From NCBI RefSeq assembly GCF_018977255.1, contig NW_024704748.1, positions 26,660,001 through 26,724,000 on the forward strand: a stretch of 64,000 nucleotides of DNA. The letters run 5' to 3'. Source of the stretch: Callorhinchus milii. Taxonomy: Eukaryota. Shown one piece after another: positions 25,277 to 38,800 of this stretch. Numbering within the stretch: position 1 is the stretch's first letter; the number at the start of each line of letters is the position of its first letter. Below the pieces are notes generated by a model that had not been told where the DNA came from, ran no database searches, and worked only from the letters and a program-made list of their open reading frames with translations. The translations under genes were made by a program, and so were the position numbers.

Positions 25277-28200
25277 ATGGAGGACACGGATAAAGCCTCG
25301 GTCACAGCAGCAACGGAGGAAGATGTTCACGCCATTGGGGACACGGTTGACGCAATGCCCGATAGAGCTGGGAGGATATCATTTTTTGGGTGAGATTGCA
25401 ATACAGCAGAGCCCTATTAGAATATGGCAGTCAGGGTCCACAAGATCCTAACCAATGTTATAACAGTCCGCGATCGCTAGTTAGCGTTTGCTTCCACATT
25501 CACGACAACTGCCTACACAACGCCATCTTGGCTTCTGCTCATGTGCAGCGGGAACTGTCATCAGCACGAAACTGATGACCCAAACGTCAGGCGTTTTTAG
25601 TGCGTTTCCAGCACCTTGGGATGTCCTCCTTACGTGAAAGGCGCTATACAAGCGTAATTTGTTGTTGTTGTTTGTTGTTGAGAAGCAGGCTGGACGGCCG
25701 ACCAGCTTTCTGTGCACAATGTTTGGATTCTTTGGTAAATAAAATACCGGGGTCCCGATGTAAGGCAATCTGCGTTAGTGGAGTGTACGTTAGATATCAA
25801 TAGAACTAAAACCAAACGAGTTAACGTTAAATTCTCTTTCAATGTTCCTGCTGAGGATCATGGCAGTATAAGGAGCAAACGCAATCTTGGGGTTAGTTTA
25901 CTGTAGCTCTGGGTCGCTATCCTGCGTGAGGGGGCGCTGTATAAATGCAAGTTGTCGTTGCTGTATGAGTATGTTGTGGCAATTCCGAGTTTAATGAGAA
26001 ACATTGAACCGTTTGCTTCAGAAGTCAGTCCGAAACATGGCACCAGAGTGATAAGTCATCAACTGACACACGAACGTCAAGCAGAGGGGCATTAGTGGGC
26101 AACACCCAGAGATGCTGCCTTTCCAAGTGTGTCCTGCCCAGACAGGTAGACCTTCTCCAAGATACTGAGCGTCAACATCTTACACTAGTTATGATCCCGA
26201 GAAGAAGACAAGCCTGATTTTTATCTCTCCACTGTACATTAGAGCAACCGTTTTTGTATTAATAATTAACCAGCCTCTTCGACCGCATCTGTGGTCGCCC
26301 ACCCCCCCCCCCCTCCTTTCCCCTCCCTCCTTCCCCCTCACTTGCTCAGCACCAACCGTTGTCTCTGAGAAGTGTTCCAAGGCATTATTCCACCTGAAAG
26401 GCGCTATGTCAATCCATTTTGTTGCACTAAATATGCAATTAAAAAAAATCAATAATTCTTCTGTACACATGCATGCAGCTTAGTAGTTGGGAGCGCTCGC
26501 CTCGCAAGCGAGAGGACCTGGGTTCGATTCCCGGGCAGGGTGAAACGTTGGGCGAGTTTCCTTACGCCACACGCCTCTTGTTTACCAGCAGTAAGTTGGA
26601 ACCCGGTTGTTAGTCGATCGGCAGATCGTTTTTCGGGGGTAATAATCCCTTCAAAAATAATACTAAATAAACAATAGTAATTTGGTCACTCAATCCACGA
26701 CTGTTTGTGGGACGCTGCTGTGCGCAGTTGGCTGCCGCGTTTCGCCCACAAAACATACAGTCAATTCACTTTACAGTTTCCACAACTCGGGTAATAGACC
26801 TCAGAGAAGCTGGACATCGTTGAAAGCAATTTACTCGCCTTTCTAAGCGTGTGAAGGCAAGGCGGGCCTCACTGATCTGTACTGCCCACACTGCCAGATC
26901 TTCTCTAAGGCACCTTAAAAGTTGAGCATCAGCAATTCGACCGGTTTTGCATTACTAATTGTGAAGCTTCCAGTGGGTCCATGGAGAAGTGATGTCAGCG
27001 GTGACCTGATGTACCTGAAGCGAGACCGTTGGCCATTTTGTTTCACAGCCGGTTGTAGAGCGGTGACTGTTTTGGGGTCAGAAACCACATGTTAGCCCGT
27101 GTATATTATCTCCCCACCAACATTTCGTAATACCCAGGGGTTAGATTTGTCAAATGAAACCACTCATGTGCTTAAATTACACCACAAGGTGGCACCAAAT
27201 GTACGAGGAAATAAACCTTTAGGATTTAAGAGACAGGGAATAAGGATGGTTTCAGAGTGCCATTATGTCTTGGTGTCGTGCTGTACCTTTCTGTCTCAGT
27301 TGGTTCTCAGTTTCTGGTCTTGTGACAGGAATTAGTTTTAACATTTAATACATTGCTGTGCGCAAATAGCCCTGCCAGGCTCGCCAACAAATACAGTCCC
27401 TCCACTTCAACATAAATTACCCTCATTGCGATTTTATTTGGGGGGTAAAGGTAATTAAAAAGTGTTTCGACTTTTGTTTTACAGATATATGTACACGCAG
27501 TGACTCAAACTCAAAACTAATATCCTAAACATCTATAATTTGGGGACAAATTCTTTTTCCAATGTTTTGCTTTTTAACGATGGCAAAAAGTATCAAACTA
27601 ATATGCAACCTCTGCGTTAATCTGAGCGCATATCCATCTATTGATGGCCAAAAGTGTTGACAGTTTTCAATAGGATTAGACTAGTTGACTGTTGGAGGCT
27701 ATTGCAGTGTAAAGGTCGTCAGATGTTTTATAGTATACTAATAATAATCCTTGCATTTGATATAGCGCCTTATCACCTCGTTTAGACATCTCAAAGCGCT
27801 TCACAGAATATACTATAAAGTGGAGATACTGTGTATTTCTGGGGTGAAACGCGGCAGCCAATTGCGCACAGCAGTGTCCCACAAACAGTGGTGGGTTGAG
27901 TGACCAAGTCATTATTTTTTTAATGTTGTCTTTGAAGGGATTATTAACCCCCGGAAAAGCAATCGACTAACACCGGAGTTCCTGCTGACTGCGGGGTAAA
28001 CAGGTGTGTGTGTGGAGTAAGGAAACTTGCCCAACATTTCGCCGTGCCCCGGGAATCAAATCCAGGTCCTCTCCCGGGTTTTGTGCTTGTTGGGCAATAC
28101 AAATGCTGTAATATAGTCATAAAGGGGCTTGGATTTAATTTTTAAAACAACTGGGCGGTGAGAGGGGGGGGGTGGGTGGGAATCCTGCATTACTGCACTT

Positions 28201-31200
28201 ACCTGCTGAATCGGTGTGATGGGCGCACATGACAGTTGCACAGGATAAGATTCTCTTCAGCCGGCAATAGTATTGTGAGGATGGTTTGATTTGACATTCT
28301 GTGATTGTCAGCAGAGGTAGTAAGGGGCCGGGATGACCTCAGCAGGTTGCTAAGTCACAGGGAGGCCTGTGAATAGCCCTATAGAAACGTCCAGCGGAAC
28401 CCACTGCTGAGTCGGGGGGTTTTGCACGAGTTGAATGTCTCACTTTCACCGTGATTCAGTGTCACACAGAGTAATGGTGGAGCATGACAGTTTTCTGGTC
28501 TGTTGCTGTTTCAAATAGCCGGAAAAGATTTGCAGATGCAGAGTGGAGTACCAATCAATGAGGAATCCAGGTAGGTCACCAGATGCTTTTCGCACACAGC
28601 GCCAGCAAATGGGAGTGTGGCTGCTGTTAGATGGTGAAATCCGGATTGCGGAGTCAGTTTGACTGACGCGTGGATGTTCACTGCTGTTTTGCAGGCCCAT
28701 TATGAGAGACGTTGCCATATAAGCCTGAAAACCTGCCTCCGTTAGTAACACTTGTCCCTCTGGGTCAGAAGTCCGTGGGTTCGAGGCCCACGGAGGGGGA
28801 TTTGAACTCGTGCAGCCCAGGCTTATCCTCCGATGCAGTGCTGGAGGTGTGCTGCGTCTTCAGAGGTGCCGTCCTTAGGATGTGACTTTAAACCAAAGTC
28901 TGCATAGTCCAGGCGGACTTTAAGGATCTCATGGCAGTGTTCGAAAAGAGAAGAGCGTTTCTCCTGGTGTCCTGGCTAACAATCCCTCAAATAAACTTGA
29001 TTGTTTATCTCATGGCTGTTTATGGGACGTTACCGTGCACAAATTGCCTACAAAATAGTGTCGCTACACTTAACAATATATCCTGTGAAGCACTTTGTAA
29101 TGTAAGGATTAGTTATTACTTATTATGATTGTCAAAGGCTAAAGTAGAGGAAGGAGAGGCACTGTACGATAAAATAAGATTTAAATATTTAAGATAGAGT
29201 ATTCCTGACTATCCTATCCTAATATCCTAAACATCCATAATTTGGGGACAATTCTTTTTCAATCTTTGATCGAGTTCGGAAACTCCATGTTGCTGAATGG
29301 TTCCATCAAAGTTATTTTAATTTACGGGGCGGGAGGGATGGAGGAATAAAGTGTCTGATAGAAAGAAGCTTTCCGCGGTCGCAACATTTCACCATTGTGT
29401 CCTGGTTTATATTTAACTAACAATCCCTGCGTTCGACAGAGTGCCTCTCACGTGGGTTGGATGCCTCAAAGCGCTTCACAGGATATTTAATGTAAAGTGT
29501 AGGGACTGTGCGTTTTCCGGGAGTACGCAGCTGACAATTTGCACACAGCAATGGACCGGGAAACAGCCAGGAAGCAAGTGAATGACCAGTTTTATGTGGA
29601 AAGATTCTTGACCAAGACACCAGGAGAAACTCCCCTTTTTGAAAAGTATCACAGGATCTTTAATGTCCACCTGAACAGGCAGACAAGACCTCGGATTAAC
29701 GTCTGCTCCGAAAGAGGACAGTGTCCCTTTTCTACCAGCAGTGGGTGACGCTGTACACAATACAACACAATCTGCTGCAATCTGCTCCTTAAAGGAGAAT
29801 ATTAAAAGGGTTTGCAAACTGGCTCGCAAAGAGGTCATTCTAACGTGTGTGCATTTGAAATATAATTATTAAAAACTCCCAACTCCCGCAGAGGTTCTGT
29901 GGACAAGGGGTGAGACAAATTGCCTTGCCAGCCAGTCAGTCAGTCAGTCAGTCAGTCAGTCAGTCAGTCAGTCAGTCAGTCAGCCAGTCTTCAAACAAAT
30001 CAACTAAGTACTGATTAGAACCACTAAACGTTAAGTTTTCACTTGTGCCACTTTCTAAGATCAAATTGAAGACTATTGTTATGTTTCTAAAAAAAAAATC
30101 ACCAAAAATGTTATTGAAAATGTCACTTCTTCACTTATCGGGCAGAGAGGCCGCTTTTTCTGTGTGTTTGGAAGTACACGATTTTGACGTGCGGTTTACA
30201 AGGAAGTACTGCAGTGTGTGAAAGTAGGAAACGGTGAATGAATCTTTTCCGGGTTGGTATTCTTTAAAAAAAAGTCGACACCGATTTGGTGGTGTTTTTT
30301 TTTTAACCTTCAATTTACAAACGAAACGTTGATGGTAAAAGATAGAATGGTTCATAAATTGAGAGTGTGAAGGTATAGGTGTAGCTGCATTGAATATACT
30401 GTATTAATTATTAAATATATATGGTACTAATATTACACAATGAAGTATAGCACCCAGAACGCTAACAGAGTCAGTACAATCTACAGTTTAATCCTGTGAA
30501 GTGCTTTGAGACATTTTGATGACTTGATAAGGCACTATATCAATAATAATAATCCTTGCATATGATATAAATGCAAGGATGATTATTATTATTGTATCAA
30601 ATGCAAGGTATATTATTCTAATTCCCTCTCACCTGTAACACCGGCCATTTAAGAATCTGGCTACAGATTGTTATTTCAATAACAACTTGCATTGATATAG
30701 TGTCCTTCACATAGGATAATTCTCAGGTCGCTTCACAGCAACAGGGTCAGACACTGAGTAATGGGGGAGTGGGCGGAGGTGACCACAGGTGTAATTGAAG
30801 CAGTAATTTTCTGGTGGTTCATCTGGTGTGTCCTTAACATAACATAACATGTAGGAGCAGGAGGAGGCCATTCGGCCCCTCGAGCCTGCCCTGCCATTCA
30901 ATCATGGCTGATCTTCTCATCTAACTCCAGCTTATAACCTAGAGACAACAGAAAGCTTGTCGGACAGTGTTCTCAATGGCAAGCTGTGCAGTTTTCCTTG
31001 GTTAAGCTCCAGCAATATCCCAATACCACCCGAAATATAATTTGGTCACTTCAATCCACGACTGTGTGTGGGACGCTGCTGTGCGCAATTGGCTGTCGCG
31101 TTTCGCCCACAAAATACACAGTCAATTCACTTTACAGTGTATCCTGTGAAACGCTTTGAGACGTCTCGAAGACGCAATAAGGCGCTGTATCAAATGCCAG

Positions 31201-34200
31201 GATTATGATATTATTTATTGTGATGCACCTCTAGGGAGCCCAAGCGCTGGTTCCTGTTAACCTGCACCTAAGACTCTCCGGAATCAGGTAAACAGGATGC
31301 ATCCCTCCAGGGAGAGAGCGCAGGCAGCGCGTATTCCACTGCAAGTACGAGGGGCAATTTCCACGTGTGTTTGGCATACACTTGGAAATGTCCCCTTGCC
31401 TGCAATGGAAGGCACCCTCGCAGTTTGGCTCGCATACTCGTAAGCATAACGATGTATTTCTGTATCGGTCCGGACACTCTGCTTGCATTTGACCTGCTGC
31501 CGGTTCATAAGCTGTAAAGGTTACCACCCGTTTAAAGTGTCTGGTGGTAAAATAGAAGGCTGTTCCATTTGTTCAGCGAGGGTAAAGATCAAACCTTTTG
31601 CGAAGCAAGGGTTGAAATTCTAGAAAGTTGAAATCGAATGGGCTGGAGTGACTTTTCCACCTGAGCTTCACTTGTGTTATTGATCTATTCTGCACCAACT
31701 AAGAACGTGCCTTAACTGTCATCCTCAATAGCGCAGCCTCCAGTGCACCAATATGAGGCTTTTCCATTTCCTGCAGCAATATTAATAATCCGTGATATAA
31801 TAATAATCCTTGCATTTGATACAGCAACTCATCACGTCTTTGAGACGTCTCAAAGTGCTTCACAGAATATACTGTAAAGAGTAGTGACTGTATATTTTGT
31901 GGGTGCAGTGTCTCACAGTCGGGCATTGAGTGACCAATTTATTATTATTTATTTTAGTTTAGTTTGAAGGGATTATTACCCCCGGAAAAGGTGGGTTTAT
32001 CAATAATCCTTGAATTTGTTATAGCTCCTTATCACGCCCTCGTGATGTCTCAAAACCCTTCACGGGGGATAGCTTCTCCTTGAATAAAATTGCTTCGTTT
32101 TCCTGAATTGCGTGCTCACGATCAGGTTGAGATTGGCCAAAAAGTATTTCCCAAAGGATCTGAACGGCTGCCTGAAAAAGCTCATTTCATCCCGTCTGTC
32201 CGAGTTGGATTTAAAGCCGGATGACAAAAGGGTGAAAGAGACAGTTTATTGTGAAACCTGAACCCTCCTTGATTCAATTCCTCTTAAGGCCTCACAATAA
32301 GTTGTGGTATTATATCATAATCTTGACGGTTATAAAGATATAGTTTGCAACTGTTCCAGTTTTCCTATGAATAAATGTATTCGTTACATCCAGTTGTAGT
32401 ATATTGTCCTGTAGCTTAGCGGTTAGAGCACTCGCCTCGCAAGTGAGAGGACCAGGATTTAATTCCCGGCAGGATGAAACGTTGGGTAAGTTTCCTTACT
32501 CCACACGCCTCTGTTTACCCAGTAGTAAGTAGGAACCCGGTTGTTAGTCGATTGGCGGATCACATTTCCAGGGGTAATAATCCCTTCAAAAAAAGAAATA
32601 AAATAAAAATAGTAATCACATTAACTTGGCCACCCAATCCGCGACCGTTTGCGAGACGTCGCCGTGCGCAATTGGCTGTCACGTTTCGCTCGCAAAATAT
32701 ACAGTCAATTCACTTTACAGTGTATTCTGTGAAGAGCTTTGAGACGTCTCGAAGACGTGATAAGGCGCTGTATCAAATGCAAGGATTATTATTATTGTGC
32801 CGGATAATTGGCACTGTGACTCTGTGCGTGTGTGTGCATTACTATTGTAACTATACTGCCAGTTTAATAACCTGTTCAGTTGACCTTTGAAAACATTTCA
32901 GGTGTTTTCCTCGCAAGTAAGATAACCAGTGTTACGGTGAAAGTAAATGTAAGCTTCGGTTACGTTTACTGAAACACACCTTTCTCAAACAGGATGTTTG
33001 CAGTAAATAAGGTACCGGGTGAATGGAAGGAGGTTTGTGTTTTTTGATCTACATTTCACATAACTCAGATAGTTGTCAAAGATAATGGTTTATTTTCTGT
33101 CGCTAATCTTGAGGACGATATTGAAAAAAGGGTCAAATTACCAGTGTTTCATAATGCATTCTTTGTGATAACCATCCAGGTATCTCGGCTTGCTGTCGCT
33201 ATAAATAGCAGCAACATCTTGATGTTTGGCCTAAAGTAATAATATCCCTTATATTTAAGTAGATGTTTGTTAGGTCAAGGTATTAAGGGATATGGGCCAA
33301 GGGCGGGTAACTGGACTTGAGGTACAGATCAACCATGATCTTATAGAGTGGTGGGACAGCCTTGTTGGGCTGAATAGCCTACTCCTGTTTCTATTTGGTA
33401 CAGGGCCATTCATGTCAGGAGGATGTCTCAGAGCCCTTCACAGGAAAATCTGCTGTATGCGCACAATTTTTCATCTAAAACGTACATTGAGCTGATTTCA
33501 TTTTATCAGTTTTCTGTTCTGGGGCATTGAAATCCGAGTGGGGGAAAAAAAAGAGAGATGGGATTCCCTCGAACTGTAAAAATATGCCACGTTTGCAAGG
33601 AATGAGAAGGAGACATTTCGACCTCTTCTCCAAGCCTCAGGGCAACTGGAGAATGATTGAGAATATCCTGGCGATAGTCAAGGAGCAGGGATAAGTACGG
33701 TATTGGACCTGGGTTTGATTCCCGGGCAGGGTAAAACATTGGGCAAGTTTCCTTACTCCACACGCCTCTGTTTATCTAGCAGTAAGTAGGAACTTGGTTG
33801 TTACTCGATTCGCGGATCACGTTTTGGGGGTAATAATCCCTTCAAAAGTAATAAAAAGAAGAATTTGATCACTCACAACTGTTGTGGGACACCGCTGTGT
33901 GCGATTGGTTACCACATTTCGCCCACAAAACATCCAGTCGATTCACTTTACACTATATGCTGTGAAGCGCTTTGAGACGTCTCAAGGACATAGTAATGTT
34001 CTACATCAAATGCGAGGATTATTATTATTGTTTCATGAGTGTTCCTTATCAAATTTCAGCCCCAAAGAATTGTTTTCCTCGCAGAAGAAGGGCATTCAGC
34101 CCAGCATGTCTGTGCTTCTCCGACCTGTCACTCTTTTAATTCTTTCTAAGTCACTCTTTTATTTTATTTATTTGTCCTACTTTCCAGCTCTGTATCTCTG

Positions 34201-35817
34201 TATCCACAAGTTGTGTGGTTTTAGCTGCTTAGACTCCAGTGTTGAGGTGTGTTGCGCATTCCATTCCAACAATCTATCTCTGGGATTTCCTCTGTTATCC
34301 TCTGATAGTGTTATTGTAATAATAATAATCCTTGCATTTGATGCAGCGCCTTATCTCGTCTTCGAGGCGTCTCAAAGCGCTTCACAGAACATACTGCAAA
34401 GTGGACTGACTGTGTATTTTGTGGGCAAAACAAAATAATAAATAAAGACTTTAATGTCTTAGGTTAGTCAACGTTTGGTGAAGGGCTAGATTTCTGTATG
34501 TGTGACTCACTCCCTCTCCCCTTTACTCGCACTTAATATTGAGCTGCTCTGAAGTACCATGTCTGGTGATCACTGTTGCTGTTAAACAGCACTTAGTCCC
34601 CGTGATGTGACCTGAGCTCACGTGTTCGAAACTCTTTCTAAAACCAAACACTGGGGTTGGAAAAAGTGCTGGTCAGAAGAACTGCAGTGTAAATGGTGCC
34701 TTGCCTTGGGGGAAAAAAATGCATCTCCACATACTTCAAACCAATCCGCGAGATCTCGGACCAGGCAAACCTTTTGATCGGAGCCGAAATCTTGTCGATT
34801 GATGAGCTGTCAACTGTAGCAGATGCAATTTGCGTCCCAAGACGCTTTTTTTCTGGCTCAAAGTACCCTTTTACGCTGCTGTTTTCCCACCAAGCATTCT
34901 TTTCAACTCCAAGGTTATGGACCAGTGTTACCTCTTGCTGGCTCAAGAACACAAAGCTAAATGGGTCTTCAATATGAGAGCGTCACGTAATTTACTTTGG
35001 CGGAATCTTCAGAGGGTCAAAAAGTATCTCTGCCCAACGTCCTCAATGAAGACCTGTATGTGAGTATGTGCGTCGTTAAGGACTGTACTGAACTTATTGC
35101 AAAACATGCAATTAATTAAGGAGCGATAAGATTCACATAAAGGCATTTTCTTTCAAAACAAGATTGAGAAGCTTAGCTTTGGGGAAAAAAAACAGAGGAT
35201 AGGAACCATCAAATAGTGAGTAGCTGATGCTCAGCTTGTGTCTGTAGATTTGAGGAGGAGAGAACGACTGAGGCAGGGAAGGAATTCAAGTCCTTCTGAA
35301 ATCTCTGAGAGTGAATGATTCTCAGTTTTTCAACACAGAGAGAGGATGCACGATCGTGGAAGTGTGTGAAAGACGAGGTATTTGGAGCAAATGGGAAACA
35401 AATGGGGAACTTCCAGAGGAGGAACTACCATCATAGAGATAGAGAAAGAAAGAGGCTGCAAACTAGTGATTAGAGATGTCTCGCTGATCCAATGATAAGG
35501 TTTTCTGCTATCCCAAGTCAAATCTGCCTTGTCAAATCTATTGAGTTCAAGCTGCAGAAATTCAGCTTAATCTGGAAAGCAAACTGGTTAGGCTGCCTCT
35601 GAATACTGAGTACAATCTGACCATCACAACTAAGGGGCCTTAGAAGCAACGCAAATGAGAGGAATAAGGGTAAACCTCAGTGTTCGTGTTGGGTTACGAG
35701 AGCAACAACAACTTGCACTTATATAGCGCCCTCCATGGCAGGGGAGCATCTCAGAGCGCTTAACAGTGGCAGAGCCTGACTAGAACGACGAGATAGGTAA
35801 GCAGGATACACCCCTCC

Positions 35818-35850
<33 letters not shown>

Positions 35851-38800
35851 CATTCCAACAATCTCTCTCTGGGGTTTCCGTGTGTAGGTGGGACGCGTGG
35901 AATTCTCAGCTCGGTTTGGAGACTCTTAAGCAACGGTGATGGGTTTCCGCGTGTGTCAGACACCCGGCTGGGCAAAAAAAAACATGAAATACAGTTCCAG
36001 GATCCAGTTCCAGCGTATTTCAATGAGAAATGGACGGCTAATTTTCAGCAGCACCGAACAGTTTGGGCAACTCACTGTTTTCGGCGACTACAGTTACTTT
36101 CAATAATTCTCTTCCAGCAGTGTCGATTGGAGAGGCGTCTTCCTATTTAACAAGGGGTTAGGTTTCGCAGTATTTCTTGGTCAAGGAATCCGAAAGGAAT
36201 CTTCTGATAACCTGTCGGGCATTTCATTACGACATGAGGGAATCCCACTCCAAAAATAGATGAATCCAAAATGAGGCGCTGTATCAAATGCAAGGATTAT
36301 TATTATTATTATTGTGTAAGATAATAGCCAGTGGCAGATCTAAAGGGAGTTTAGGACGAACTTCTTCACGCAAGGGGTGGTGAGAATTTGGGACTTGCTC
36401 CCGGAACCTGTGGTTGAACCACAGAGCATCAAAATATTTATAATGATTTTTGATTTGTTGTAGTGCCTTATCACGTCTCAAAGTGTTTCACAGAATTTTG
36501 CGGCAATTGTACTACTTCAGTGAACGAGCACTTAGCGTATAGAACAGGCTCCCCGGGGAGACAGATAGACGGTGGAAGCAGAAAATGTTGTTTGCTTCAA
36601 GAACAAATGAGAGGTATTTCTGCTCGAAAATAATATTCGGGGATAGATACAGTATATAGTTTGGGGCGCGACATGTCAAGCGACGGGCAGGATGGTGGAA
36701 GGTGAAGTAGGTGGACCTTGGACTTCTTTTACCCAGTAAATTCTTAGGTTCTTATGAATCTTGAGGCATGCACGCCGGAGAAGGGAATATAAAGGGGTTT
36801 GGAGGCAGATGGAGTCTTGTGTGAAGTTCAAATACCAGTAAGGACTATTTGGGGGCCAAACGGCATATTTCTGTGCCATATCACGCTGAGTAATTCTGTG
36901 TGAACATCACAATATTCCAATTTTTAAATCCAATATTTTCAAAAGTAATACTAATTTGGTCACTCAATCCACGACAATGGCTGCTGCGTTTCGTTGACAA
37001 AATGTACGGTCAATTCACTTTCCAGTATATTCTGTGAAGCGCTTTGAGACGTCTCGAAGACGTGATAAGGCGCTGTATCAACGCAAGGATTATTATTCCA
37101 GGTGCGTTAATGCTTTATTTTCCAGAAACCTTAGCCAAAGATTCCTGATTTTAGAATACTGTAGTCTTAATTGTCTGATATGGGTGTAATTATGTTAAGG
37201 AGTGTTATATTACTATCACTTTATTAAGGACAGAGGTTGCAGTGCTAAGCATACCTTCCACAGTGCCCAACTCAAGAAAAGCTTATACAAGGTTTCCAAT
37301 CTTAGGTCAAAAGTGAGTCACACGTGAGTTTATAACAATAATAATATAATAATAATAATCTTTGCATTTGATATAACGCGTTATCGTGTCTCCGAGATGT
37401 CTCAAAGCTCTTCATAGAACAAACTGTAAAGTAAATTGACTGTAGGTTTTGTGGGCGAAACGCAGCAGCCAATTGCGCACAGCAGCGTCCCCGCAAACAC
37501 TCGTGGCTTGAAGGGGCCAATTTATTATTTTTTTTAAGGAATTATTACCCCCGGAAAAGCGAACCACCAATCGACTAACAACCGGGTTCCTGCTTACTGT
37601 GAGGTGACTGAGGCATGTGGAGTAAGGCAACTTGCCCAACGCTTCGCCCTGTCTGGGAATTGAACCCAGGTCCGCTCGCTTGCGAGGCGAGTGCTCCAAC
37701 TACTGAGCTGCAGAACTCTACAGAGCTTGTGTAGTAAGTGACAGATGAGACTCATTTTATTTTCTCTTCCCTTCACAGCAAGAAAAAAACCAAAGATCAT
37801 GAACAAGGAAGAGAAGTTGATGTATCTGACCCTTGTATCCGGGTGGTTACACCGATGTTCCTGTATAATATGAACTTCAAAAAATTAGGAAAATGCATGA
37901 TTATCAATAACAAGAACTTTGATGCAAAAACAGGTACTGTACCTCTTTACTATTTCACAACAGAAAGCAATATATAACATCGCTTTTCTGCCGCCTCAAG
38001 GGTCATTATTCTTTGTCTCCCTTTTTGACCAATATTGTGTTTAATAATGCTATTCAATAATAATAATCCTTGCATTTGACACAGCGCCTTATCACGTCTT
38101 CGAGACGTTTCGAAGCGCTTCACAGGACGTACTGTAAAGTGAATTGACCGTATATTTTGTGGGCGAAACGCGGCAGCCGATTGCGCACAGCAGCGTCCCC
38201 ACAAACAGTCGTGGGATTGACCAATTTTAAATGTTTCGCATGAAAGCGGTTAGTTGTCACATTGAATTGGAGACCAACAACAATGCTTCTATGACCTATT
38301 TCTCCAATGCTTTCCTGAGACCGCAACATCTGCAGCCAAATGCAAAGGTAGGCGACCTGAGCTCAGACTTGTACCAATCCTGTTCTACGCTAACCGTGCG
38401 GCAGAGCATGGAATAGCTTTGTGAGAAGATGCCAACACACACACTATATACATATACACATATACACATATACACTAGTCCCATCTTGTTACCACCTTGA
38501 ACCATCGTTACCAGGAATGTGTTTAAAAGCACATAGCAATATGCTCCTATTAAAATGTGTAATTCTTGGACGATGTGATTGTTAAAATATTAAACCACTT
38601 CCCCCCCCCCTCCCCCCGAAGTTATTGCAGGATCAAAACCGGTTTCTCGAGTGCCTGATGCCTCAGTTTCTGTTTACGTCCCATAGCTCAGTGGTTAGAG
38701 AGTTCCAGAAACCTGGGTTCGATTTCCGGTCGGGCGAAACCTTGGGCAAGTTTCCTTTCCTCCACGCGCCTGATAATAATCCATCGGGGAAATACATAAA

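Noticed and set aside
25555-25585. CTGATGA and GAAA close together, suggesting a hammerhead ribozyme
   Set aside because: Order and pairing give only a simple hairpin (GTCATCAG/CTGATGAC), not the three-stem core.
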